Source of the DNA: Camelus ferus
Taxonomy: Eukaryota
Assembly: GCF_009834535.1 (NCBI RefSeq)
Contig: NC_045699.1
Coordinates: forward strand, 64,232,001 to 64,296,000
Length of the DNA stretch: 64,000 nucleotides
Direction: 5' to 3'
Position numbers and translations under genes: made by a program. Within the stretch, counting starts at the first letter, position 1; the number at the start of each line of letters is the position of its first letter. Below are positions 1 through 11,189 of the stretch, in pieces. Below the pieces are notes generated by a model that saw only the letters and a list, made by a program, of their open reading frames with translations, was not told the DNA's origin and did no database searches.

Positions 1-1111
1 TGCTCCCAAAACAGCAGGAAGAAATTGGCCAATTAATCCATGGTGGCTCCTCCTTTACTATGAAGAGAAGCTGAGGATTTGAGCACAGCCTGGAAGAGGT
101 GTCTCAACCCACCGACGACAAGCACAAGTCAGAAGGAGCTGGAAATCTGCACTCAACAATGGGTCTGCCTGTGGGTTTTGTATGAGTGTGTCTATGTTCA
201 TGAGTGTGTGTGTGTATTGTGTATGCTCGTGTATGTGTTGTTTAACAGCTGTGTGTGTGTGTATCATGTAACTGACTCAGAGCCTGATCCTTTTCCTGAG
301 TAAGACCCAATCCAGGCCCTGTTTCAGCACATGCAGACCAAGTTATCAGCCTCCTAATGTGCAATCAGGGACTCCTGAGTCATGAGCATGAGCTTAGACA
401 CTTGCCTCCTGTTGTTACAACGGGGGCATTTCCCCCGCTGGGCGGGCGTTACGGCTCAGAGGATGAGGGCTCAGCACCCGGGTGGCTGCAGAAGATGCCC
501 GACCTCTCCCAGGACCAAGGTCAGAGAGGGCTCAGCCTCCCCTCAGCAGTGTGCGCTAGTGTGTGTATGAGCTACGGTTGTGGGTGGCACTCTTGTGTGT
601 GAGAGCAGGAATGAGTGTTGTTTGCTTATGTCTGTGTGAACGTTACCATGTGCACAGGTTGGAGGTGGTGATTTAATGAGTGAACAGACTTAACTGCCCC
701 ACACCGACTGCCTCCACCAGGAAGGGTTTGGGTCAGAAGGGCACCAAGCACACCTCTGAGTTAAGGGAGTGTGTGTACTGCTTGTTGCAGGGAGTGTGTG
801 GCTGGGTGTGCATGTGTGTTGTAGGTGTGTCTTGTGAGATTTTTCAATTGTGTGTGGCCTCATGTGCTTTTGGTGATGCGTACATACAGTGATGAATTAC
901 ATATATACAGTGAGTTGTGTGTTTCACCAGGTGTGTCATACTTGAGTGTCAGCGGTGCACTGTGAGTGTGTTTGTTGGTGATACATACACTGCTTTGTGA
1001 GTTATTTATGACTCGTATGTATACGAGTGTTCATGAACTGAACCACATACTGGTTATCCTTCCCCTAGAGTGGAACTCAGACACAGGGACCTGGAATCCT
1101 CAGACCAGCAC

Positions 1112-1156
1112 TGTGTGTGTGTGTGTGTGTTTGTGTGTGTGACAGAGAGAGAGAGA
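1112..1156. repeat. (TG)n/(GA)n microsatellite
   Basis: tgtgtg...gtgacagagagagaga, read directly. Confidence 0.9.
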
Positions 1157-1731
1157 TTTGTAGGTGTGTTTGGGGGCCTCTGATTTGCACCCATGACCTC
1201 AAACATTTCTTTACACGACCTCCCTCTGAGGTAACTGGGGTCATCCACTGAGATGACCACCAAGAGACTGTTTGCTGTAAAAGATCTGCTATCATTTTCA
1301 TATATCTGACTGTGACTGAATGGCTCAGAGCTTTGTACCCCTTTGCTTTCACTTAATGTCCAAGGCAAAGCAACACCAGGCACCAAGCCCAGTGACGTTA
1401 GAGTGCAGAAGCCCAGCAAATGGTGGCAAGACCGTGGGAAGTCACTTAACTCTTTGGCCTCAGTTTACATAGCTATCTATACAACGGATGCTTATGGCCT
1501 GCAATAAATATTTATGACTCACATAGAAGCTAGTGTGTGTGAGAGCCTTTTGTTAATTGGAAAATACATAAATATGAATGAAAGGAATTATCTAGACAGG
1601 GCACCAAGAAAATATGGGACAACTTCAGTTTCCTTACAGCCCTAAAATAACTCAGAGTGTCTGTTGCTCATAACCAATGAAAGGAGGAAGTTCCATGACT
1701 TTAAAGGCATGGGTTGTACCTACACAACAAT

Positions 1732-1805
1732 ATTAGATTGAACTACATCAAGTAACTGATATTTGATGATTTTTAACCCTCAGAAAATGGCTATTTTATG
1801 TATAT
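1732..1805. mobile_element. MADE2-like mariner MITE remnant
   Basis: ta-ttagattgaactacatcaagt...aaaatggctattttatg resembles the recalled MADE2 termini. The right end runs into the TA-rich repeat. Confidence 0.4.
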
Positions 1806-1982
1806 ATGTATTTATTTTCTTATATATATATACAATATAATTATATTTTAATCAAAATATATATGGGATATATATATATACACACACACGCACATGCATC
1901 CCATATATGTGCACATATGTTCCATATATATATTCCATCTAAGTATATGTATATATGCATGTATGTATGTGAATATATTACT
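1796..1982. repeat. (TA)/(CA)-rich low-complexity tract
   Basis: Alternating tata/caca/tatg runs. Confidence 0.85.
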
Positions 1983-2798
1983 ATTCCATCTCTGACAGCT
2001 AGTTTTGTAGGTCTATGGAATTTGTATCATTTATATTTCTGTTTCCTAACAGCTTAAATGGGAAAGAGTGCTAAATTTTAGTACAGCAATGAAGTTTTGT
2101 CTGGTAGCGTAAGGCTGATGTGTGGATTTAATTAGTAAATGTATGTCAAGCCCTTAGCATAGTGGCTGGCACATAGTATCATCCCTATTACAGGAGATAG
2201 TTCGTGGACCCTTCTGGCATCGAGTGGGTGTCAATGGCTACCCATTTCTCGAGTGCCGATGACTTTACAGCTGTAGGTCGATGGGACCTAGCCAGGGTCC
2301 CAAAGGAGAGTGACAAGGTTCCAACAGCACCACCTCAGCACTGGAAACAGCTGAGACCAGTTTGCAAGGCTCATCCACTACTTCTGCCACAGTGAACTAT
2401 TGCGATTTGGCGCTATCTCAGAGTCACAGACAACCCCAGTATGCTTATTAAAAAGTACTCATAGAGGAGAGGGACTTTACTTTTTTGTGCACTGCTGCAT
2501 TTTCCGGAGTAGAGGGCTGGGCTCAGACTCCATGTTCAGTAAATAATGGTTGAATGAAACAGTGAATGCCCTCTTGCCTCTCTGCAATGAGGTCTAGTTG
2601 GCTCCTTTTGGGTGTGATGTTTTCCTAGATCCAGACTGGGACAGAGCAAAGATGTGTGCCTCCACAGGTGTGAGAAATTAATAGGAAATTCATTGAAAAG
2701 TTTATTGTTTGCTCATAAAATTGTAGTATGGAATGCATCCCTACTGTACTTTCTGATATTCCTAACCCTCCTTTATCCCCAGCACATAAAAGTACAGC

Positions 2799-3743
2799 AT
2801 GAGGCCTAAGAACCAGAGCAGCGTGTCCGAGTTTCTCCTCCTGGGGCTCCCCATCCGGCCACAGCAGCAGTGCGTGGTCTTCACCCTGTTCCTGGGCGTG
2901 TACCTGACCACGGTGCTGGGGAACCTGCTCATCATCCTGCTCATCAGGCTGGACTGTCGCCTCCACACCCCTATGTACTTCTTCCTCAGCCACTTGGCCT
3001 TCTCTGACGTCGCATTTTCATCTGTCACTGTCCCAAAGATGCTGAGGAACATGCAGATTCAATGCCAATCAATCACATATGCCGGGTGCGTTTCACAAGT
3101 GTACTTCTTTATATTCTTTGGTTGCCTTGACAGTTTTCTACTTGCAGTGATGTCATATGACAGATATGTGGCCGTGTGTCACCCTCTCCACTACACCACC
3201 ATCATGCGAGATGAGCTTTGCATCATCCTAGTGGCTGGATGCTGGTTTCTCTCTTGTGCCCACGCTTTGCTGCACACCCTTCTCTTGGACCAGCTGTCCT
3301 TCTGTGCAGGGACTGTCATCCCCCACTTCTTTTGTGATCTTTCCGCTGTGCTCAAGTCCTCCTGCTCAGACACCTCCCTCAATGAGCTGCTCATCTTCAC
3401 TGAGGCAGGACTGATCTTTACCCTGCCATTGGGTGGTATCTTGGGCTCCTATATCTGCATGGCAGCCATCATCCTGAAGGTCCTCTCCTTCAAGAGAATC
3501 TTCAAAGCCTTGTCTACATGTGGTTCTCACCTCTTTGTAGTGTTTTTATATTATGGGACCATTGCAGGTGTTTACTATTTTCCCTCATCAGGCAACTCCA
3601 AAGTCAAGGACATAATTGCTTCTTTGATGTACATGGTGGTCACCCCTATGCTAAACCCCTTTATCTACAGCCTGAGGAATAAGGATATGAAACGTGCACG
3701 TCAGAAACTTTTCAGGACCAAGGACAGCCCTTGGTGTTGTTAA
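2799..3743 (+). CDS. Olfactory receptor, OR1J subfamily (1J1/1J2/1J4-like), intact, 314 aa
   Basis: Open 314-aa ORF with OR motifs [41 protein letters not shown] and [12 protein letters not shown]. The N-terminus [19 protein letters not shown] is OR1J-type. A splice acceptor (ctttatccccAG, 2781-2782) lies 16 nt before the ATG. Confidence 0.95.
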   Translation: MRPKNQSSVSEFLLLGLPIRPQQQCVVFTLFLGVYLTTVLGNLLIILLIRLDCRLHTPMYFFLSHLAFSDVAFSSVTVPKMLRNMQIQCQSITYAGCVSQVYFFIFFGCLDSFLLAVMSYDRYVAVCHPLHYTTIMRDELCIILVAGCWFLSCAHALLHTLLLDQLSFCAGTVIPHFFCDLSAVLKSSCSDTSLNELLIFTEAGLIFTLPLGGILGSYICMAAIILKVLSFKRIFKALSTCGSHLFVVFLYYGTIAGVYYFPSSGNSKVKDIIASLMYMVVTPMLNPFIYSLRNKDMKRARQKLFRTKDSPWCC

Positions 3744-4052
3744 TTAAATCCCAATGTCATGGGCACTCATGGGGGCTGTAAAGTATCTCCTTTAAAAGCA
3801 GCAACTTGCACGATTCTTATCACTGACACCATTTTCCTCCCATTTCATTTTACTTTTCCTCTCATTTTTTTCTTTGCCTGATGTTTTTCTTCCCCTACCT
3901 GCTCTCTCAATTCTGTGTATTGTTTCTGTAATGAAATTTCAAGCCCTCCTATGATGTTCACTATAAGCCTGTGAGACTTTTCAGCCCATTTCTCTGGGCT
4001 CTAAGATGTTTTCTTGTATCCATCTTTTTCTTCAATAACCCTCTCTGAGTAA

Positions 4053-5510
4053 TCAAAACTGTGTGGTATTGGCACAAAAACAGACATATGGATCATGGAA
4101 TATAATAGCCCAGAAATAAACCCACAGACTTACTGTCAATTAATCTTCAACAAAGGAGGTAAGAATATACAACAGAGAAAAGACAGTTTCTTTAGCAAGT
4201 GGTGTTGGGAAAACTGGACAGCCAAATGTCAATCAATGAAGTTAGAACACTCCCTCACACCACACACAAAAATAAACTCAAAATGGCTTAAAGACTTAAA
4301 TATAAGACATTCTAAACCTCCTAGCAATATTCTCCTAGGGAAGTCTACCCAGTCAATAGAAATAAAAGCAAAAATTAACAAACAGGACCTAATTAAACTT
4401 ATAAGCTTTTGCACAGCAAAGGAAACCATAAACAAAACAAAAAGACAACCTATGGAATGTGAGAAAATATTTGCAAATGATGCAACTGACAAGGGCTTAA
4501 TTTCCAGAATATACAAACAGCTCATACAGTTTAATAACAAAAAAAAAAAAACCCAATCCAAAAATGGGCAGAAGACCTAAACAAGCAATTCTCCAATGAA
4601 GACATTCAAATGGCCAATAGGCACATGAAAAAAAATGCTCAATACTACTAACTATCAGAGAAAAGCAAATCAAAACTATAATGAGGTATCACCTCACACC
4701 AGTCCAACAGCCATCATTAAAAAGTCCACAAATGATAAATGCTGGAGAGGGTGTGGAGAAAAGGGAACCCTCTTACACTGCTAGTGGGAATGTCATTTGG
4801 TGCAGCCATTATGGAGAACAATATGGAGATTCCTCAAAAAACTAAAAATAGACTTATCATATGATCCAGCAGTCCCACTTCTGGGTATATATCTGGAGGA
4901 AACTCTAATGAGAAAAGAAGCACGCACCCCAATGTTCATAGCAGCACTATATACAATAGTCAAGACATAGAAGCAACCTAAACGTCCATCAACAGATGAC
5001 TGAATAAAGAAGTTGTGGTATATTTATACAATGGAATACTATTCAGTAATAGTAAAGGATAAAATAATGCCACTTGCAGCAACATGGCTGGACCTGGAGA
5101 TCATCATTTTAAGTGATGTAAGCCAGAAAGAGAAAGAAAAATACCATATGATAGCACTTATATGTGGAATCTAAAAAAAAAAAAAAGACAAACGAACTTA
5201 TTTACAAAACAGAAACAGACTCACAGACATAGAAAACAAACTTATGGTTATCGGGGGGGAAGGGAGTGGGAAGGGATAAATTGGGAGTTCGAGATTTGCG
5301 GATACTAAAATATAAAAAATAGATAAACAACAAGTTCATACTGTATAGCACAGGGAACTATATTCAATATCTTGTAACTTATGGTGAAAGAGAATATGAA
5401 AACAAATGTATGTAAGTTCCTATATGACCGAAGTATTGCACTGTACACCAGAAATTGACACAACATTGTAAACTGACTATACTTCAATAAAATATATATT
5501 AAAATTAAAA
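4053..5510 (+). mobile_element. 5'-truncated L1 (ORF2 C-terminus plus 3'UTR), camelid/artiodactyl type
   Basis: The ORF2 remnant reads ...INPQTYCQLIFNKGGKNIQ...KWCWENW...KLISFCTAKET.... A typical 3'UTR ends in aataaa plus an A-rich tail. Confidence 0.95.
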
Positions 5511-5520
5511 AAATTTTTTA

Positions 5521-5668
5521 ACGTATATGGAAGCAAATACATGTATGTATATGTGTGTGTGTGTATATATATATATGCATGATGGGACATTATGCTGTCT
5601 GTACACCAGAGATTGACACATTGTACCTGACTACACTTCAATTTAAAAAAAAAAAAAGAAAAAGAAAG
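5521..5668 (+). mobile_element. Second L1 3' tail directly after the preceding L1
   Basis: gggacattatgctgt...ccagagattgacacattgtacctgactacacttcaattt followed by poly(A); same tail type as 12720-12790. Confidence 0.8.
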
Positions 5669-7069
5669 AAAACAGGGCAGATCTTCCATCATAATAAATG
5701 CACAAGTTAAAAAATTTTTTAGGAAACGTTAAAAGATCTTTGAAAACTAAGAACGGTCAAATAGCGTGATAAAATTTTAGGTTGGGCCAATAAGCACATG
5801 AAAATGTGCTCAACATTGTTAAGACCTGGAAAGATGAAAATTAAAACCACAGTGAGATACCACTTCATACACTCTAGAATGGCAAAAATGTTAAATAAAC
5901 TCTGTTGTAAACTGACTATACCTCAATTTAAAAAAATGTTAAACTCTCAGATTTCTATTGTGAGAGAATATTTTGTTTTCTGACTTATTTACCTGAGAAC
6001 CAAAGTTCAGAGAGGATAAGTGAATTTCACCATCTCGGAGCAGTGCATTTAGAGTTTGAGGACTGGGACTGGGCAATGAACCAAGGTTTTTCCCATAATG
6101 GATGTTTTAGAGACTGGTATTCCCAGATGTCTCTGCAACTTCCAGCAGGGAGCTCTGGGGATTGCGCCAGAAACTACACATAGATAATTTCTCTTTTCCT
6201 GGGTTTCTATTCAGTCTGATTGATTCAGGATCTGCTATCGTTTCTCCTTCCTTGGTGCAGTGAGGGTTCCATGTTCCGGGGCTCCTTTCTGACTTATACA
6301 CAGAAGAGGATGTTGTCTTTTTATCTGGCCCTCTGAAAGTCTTCTCCACTCTTGACAAGTGGTAACTGAGAGCACAAGAGTCAAACTTCTGCCTCACCAT
6401 GGAGAAATGATGAGCCCTTTCTGGTCCAACTCAGGACTGACAGTAAGTCATTGGCCATACTTCCCCCTTGTCAGTAGGTCAAGGGAAGCAGAATGGTCCA
6501 TTGGAAATAGTTCCAGGAATCCTGGTTTTGGTACCAGTTGTAGTGCAGGTCTTGGACAGATTACAACAGCTCTTTGAGATTCGGTTTTCTCATTCATAAA
6601 ACAAGGGAGTTGTATTCGATGGCTTAATAGCCTTTTGTCCCTAAAGGATGAAGAAACTAGGTGTCTGATCCAGAGGACTATTTCACTGGGTTATGAATTT
6701 AATCTCTGGCCCCTGAAACCACAATTGCATGAAATCTTCATAGCTTCTTGAATAACCTCTTTGACATGTGGATGGAGTATGTCTGGTCAGCTTGGCTGTT
6801 TTCAAAAAGGAAAAAGCAAGAGATTTGGGGGAACATTTCTCAGCATTGGAAAGGGGCACAAAGAAGCAGATTCAGACCAATCAGCAGATATGTTCATACT
6901 AAGTCTAAATTCCAAGTATTAATTTCCCTTGCAACCTTTTGAAATTAAAACAAAACAATATTTAGTTTAAATGTAACCATGCATTCAGTGCTTGTGAAAA
7001 TATGTGATTAATTAGAATTATGAGTTCAACATCCATAGTACTTCACAATTTTGAACACTTTCTGTGTAC

Positions 7070-7340
7070 TAAAGAAATAGACTCACAGACAGAGAATACA
7101 GACTTGTGGTTACCAGGGGGGTGGAGGGTGGGAAGGGATAGACTGGGATTTCAAAATTGTAGAATAGACTACACTGTATAGCACAGGGAAACATACACAA
7201 AATGTTATGATAACTCACAGAGAAAAAAATGTGACAATGAGTGTGTATATGCCCATGAATAACTGAAAAATTGTGCTGAACACTGGAATTTGACACAACA
7301 TTGTAAAATGATTATAAATCAATAAAAAATGTTAAAAAAA
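7070..7340 (+). mobile_element. L1 3'UTR fragment (young camelid subfamily)
   Basis: gaaatagactcacagac...gattataaatcaataaaaaatgttaaaaaaa; near-identical tails occur at 26170-26470 and 48300-48585. Confidence 0.92.
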
Positions 7341-7519
7341 TTTATGCACAATAAAAGGAACCTATTTAAGTGTAAAAAAAAAATTAAAAAATAAAATGTA
7401 TGCTAAATGGCCCCAGATCTTCAAGTAAGAGTCATTTGTTTTATTAACTATTCTGTAAGTAAAGGGCAATGCTGGTAGCTAAATAATAATGCTGTATTGT
7501 TTCATCATAGCTTAAAAAA

Positions 7520-7990
7520 TCATCTTACTGCCCATCCATTCACTATTTTATTCAGTAGATGATTACTAAGTGTATAGTAAGAAGAAGCAAGATGGATAAA
7601 AATGAGTCCCTGGCACCAAGGGACACCATCTAATGGGGATAAGCAACTAATTATAAGGCAATGTGTCAAGTGTTCTACCAGAGACCCATATAAAGGGATG
7701 TGGGAACACAGGGGATAAAGCAATGAACTTCACCTTCAGGAGAATGTAAAATAGTCTCAGATGTTGACATCTGAACTCTTGCCAGGTGGAGAGGAGGAGG
7801 AGACATCCAGGAAGGCGAAACAGCTAAGAGCAAAGGCCTGCAAGCAGGACCTGATGAGTTGTTTGAGGTCTGTGGGCAGATACATGGTCAAGAGTGTGGG
7901 GTGGCATGGCACAGGGAAGGAAGTGTCACTGGACAGATGGATGGAGACAGAGTCACAGAGGGTTGATTATGTCATGGATAAAAAATATCA
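7520..7990. mobile_element. L2 fragment
   Basis: Degenerate L2 3' motifs (attcagtag...tgacatctgaact...agcaaaggcc...). Confidence 0.55.
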
Positions 7991-8884
7991 CGGACAGTTT
8001 CCTGAGCCTCACAACAGCCTATGACATAAATTTAGTTATTTTTCTCTACAGAGAGGAGAATTAAGGTTCAGAGAAGGTAAATGAATTATTCAAAGCCATT
8101 AGGTTTTGATTAAGGTTTGATACAGAAGGCTAATCAAGATTTTCTTACTGCAAACTAAATGTTATCTTCTTTTACTCTATGTAACCTATATATTCGCTTC
8201 AGAAACAAATAAATGAGTCCAATGCGGCGGTTTTAAGATTTAAGAAATGCTCCCCACGTGGTTGTGAAATGCTCCTCCAGCTCAGACCCACAGGCCAGGG
8301 TATTACATCATCTGTCACAAGTTGAAACCAGAAGACATATCTTTTTCCTCAGTGTCAATTGTTTGAAGTTTTATTAGTTTATTTGCCCACAATATCAGAA
8401 GAGTTCTGGTAATATTAAGCCATTTTGGTAAATTTTTCATTTGGAATCAGTGTAACCGTTTTTAAAATGGGTTGTACGTTTCTAACAAACAATGAGATTC
8501 CTGAAGGTTAATTACCCTTACTTAAGGTAAGTGAAAACTGGAATAAACATTCATTTATTTCTGATTCTTACTGGAAAGGTGATAGAGCTGAATGAATACA
8601 ACAAAAGATATCACTGCACTTCCTGCCATTTACTAAGCTCCTGAATCGGGACTTGGTTGCAGCCGGGGGTAGAGGAGACAGAGATACCAGAAAGGAAAGA
8701 TCCTGGGCCTCTCAGAGTAAAAGTCAGGGTCTGAAGCTTCAGCTTTGCAAGTTTAGAAACTGGATCTTTTCCCAACATTGGGCTGGACTGAAATGGACTG
8801 ACTCACATCGATCACACTCACAAAAGACTGATCCATCAAGCCAAAATTATCAATATGTTCGTTTGCCATGAGAACTGTGACTGC

Positions 8885-9045
8885 CAAATTAAATGGATAC
8901 TTAAATTCTCTCAGGGGATAGATGTGTTAATTAGCTTAATTATGGTAATCATTTCACAATGTATATGTATGTTAAAACATCACATGGTCCACCTTAAATA
9001 TATACAATTTTTTTTGTCAAATTTTATCTCAGTGTAAGTTGGAAT
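8885..9045 (+). mobile_element. Old L1 (L1MA/MB-like) 3' end
   Basis: gatgtgttaattagctt...ggtaatcatttcacaatgtat...aaaacatcac...accttaaatatatacaatttt. Confidence 0.8.
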
Positions 9046-9587
9046 AAGTGAATGAATGAATGAATGAATTAAATACTTAGGTGGTACATTTTCTCCTTAT
9101 TGGAAATATGCACAAAGCTGAACTACAGGTATACAGTATATGATTAGTTTATGAATAATTATTACACATTATTATATAATAAACTATATTAATTCTTTTA
9201 ATGCAATTTTAATTTTTAAATTAAGTCAAATATTATTTACTTGATTGTATCATTACTCAGTGGAAGAAAAAAATATATAGTGATAGGATGTGTGCAGTCC
9301 AAAGCACACTTTTATATGGTGTCTGACATGCTTCATGGGGACAGCTGAAGTTGTTTGAAGGCGACTTGGATATCTGATCCAGTGCTGACAAAAATCTGTA
9401 ACTTTATAGTCTGATCTAAACTGTCTTTTTAAATGTACACAATTATAAATTCAAACTTTACCAAAACAGAAATGTCTAAACCACTTATGTTTTTCAAACA
9501 GGGCTTGAGAGTACTTTCAACCCAGCATTATTTTCCTTTTGTGCTATTTATATTATAGTAAAATTTATCTCATACAGAATTCCAGAC

Positions 9588-10520
9588 ATGGACAGAAGAA
9601 ATCAGACCAGCACCTACGAATTTCTTCTCATGGGACTCTCTGAGCGGCCAGAGCAGCAGCCTCTCCTGTTCGGGCTTTTCTTGGCCATGTACCTGATGAC
9701 TGTGCTGGGGAACCTGCTCATCGTCCTGGCCATCAGCTCTGATGTGCACCTCCACACCCCCATGTACCTCTTCCTGGCCAACCTGTCCTTTTCTGACATT
9801 GGTTTCATCTCTACCGTAATTCCCAAGATGCTGGATGATATTGGCTCAGGAAGTAAACTGATTTCTTATGGTGGGTGCCTGACCCAACTCTATTTCTTTG
9901 GCTTATTTGCAGATCTAGACAACTTCCTCCTGGCTGTGATGGCACTAGATCGCTACGTGGCCATCAGCCAACCCCTGCATTACACCATGACCATGAACTA
10001 CCAATGCTGTGCTCTGCTGCTGGCTGGGTCATGGGTGGTCACTACCATCCATGCCCTAGTGCACACCCTCCTAGTGACCAGGCTTTCTTTCTGTGGCTCC
10101 AATGTCATCCCCCATTTCTTCTGTGATCTGGTCCCGCTTCTAAAGCTGGCCTGCTCCAGCACTTACATCAATGACCTGGTGCTTATGCTTGTGGCAGGAA
10201 CACTGCTAATTGGACCCTTTGTCTGCATCCTTACATCTTATTTTTACATTGCATTGGCGGTCCTGAGAATTGATTCCCCAGAGGGTAAGCAAAAGGCCTT
10301 CTCCAGCTGCACCTCCCACCTCTCCGTGGTCTCTCTGTTCTACAGNNNNNNNNNNNNNNNNNNNNNNNNNNNNNNNNNNNNNNNNNNNNNNNNNNNNNNN
10401 NNNNNNNNNNNNNNNNNNNNNNNNNNNNNNNNNNNNNNNNNNNNNNNNNNNNNNNNNNNNNNNNNNNNNNNNNNNNNNNNNNNNNNNNNNNNNACACTAC
10501 TCAGAAGAAAAACACTCTAA
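9588..10520 (+). CDS. Olfactory receptor family 1, OR1AK-like; probably intact 310 aa (10346-10493 masked)
   Basis: Motifs LHTPMYLFL, MALDRYVAI, HFFCD and KAFSSCTSHL. Frame and expected length are kept across the 148-nt N-run. The subfamily is inferred mainly from its position just before OR1Q1, as for mouse Or1ak2. Confidence 0.85.
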   Translation: MDRRNQTSTYEFLLMGLSERPEQQPLLFGLFLAMYLMTVLGNLLIVLAISSDVHLHTPMYLFLANLSFSDIGFISTVIPKMLDDIGSGSKLISYGGCLTQLYFFGLFADLDNFLLAVMALDRYVAISQPLHYTMTMNYQCCALLLAGSWVVTTIHALVHTLLVTRLSFCGSNVIPHFFCDLVPLLKLACSSTYINDLVLMLVAGTLLIGPFVCILTSYFYIALAVLRIDSPEGKQKAFSSCTSHLSVVSLFYXXXXXXXXXXXXXXXXXXXXXXXXXXXXXXXXXXXXXXXXXXXXXXXXXXTLLRRKTL

Positions 10521-11189
10521 CCCTCTTTCTAGGAGCCTCAGGGTCCTGACTCCAAAACTCAAGGTCTGAGAGTTGAAAATGGTCTCCTGAGAGCCCACCC
10601 ACTGTAGCTTCCTGAACCAGAGACATCTCTTTTCCTCATGTTTATATTTCAAAGTACAGATTGACATCTGAGGACAGGGAGGGAACCAGTGATATTAGTA
10701 ACTGCTAATCATCTTTGTGATGTGCCCATGCTCTGAGAGGTTTACTGTCCACTTTCAAAATGATTGTTGTTGAGTTTTACTATATGCCTCAGAGAAGTCC
10801 ACAGGCGGCGGGCGGGGTTGGGGTGGGTGTTTATCCACATACGAAATGAAAATGAAAGTGTAAATTTTTGTTTAGCTCAAGTCACAAAGGAAATATGGAA
10901 GATCACTCTGGCCCAAGAATACAGGAGTCATTATGACTGGTAGAATGAAACACGAAGGAAATCATCTGATATTTCATTTTAAACAGGCAGTGTTCTATAG
11001 AAGAATAAGAATGGAGCTTTAAGTCCTGGGTTCCAGTGCTGGCTTTGCCATTAGGTACTGTATGACAGCTAGGTAATCACTTCACATCTTTGAGTCTTGG
11101 TTTCCCCTTTAGAAAATAAAGTGATTGGATTATGTTAGGCTAAGGCCCTGCATTCATTTATCCCAGTTCTTGTAATATTTGGTGTTGTA

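Noticed and set aside
1056-1070. Identical 15-mer atccttcccctagag at 1056 and 60433
   Set aside because: It is O/E-like, but a few exact 15-mer matches are expected by chance among all pairs in 64 kb, and the flanks do not align.
2625-3400. Minus-strand ORFs such as [23 protein letters not shown] (also 9570-9826, 22573-23323, 42171-42434, 51319-51833)
   Set aside because: These are antisense or alternate-frame shadows of OR coding sequences. The same pseudo-peptides recur opposite each OR.
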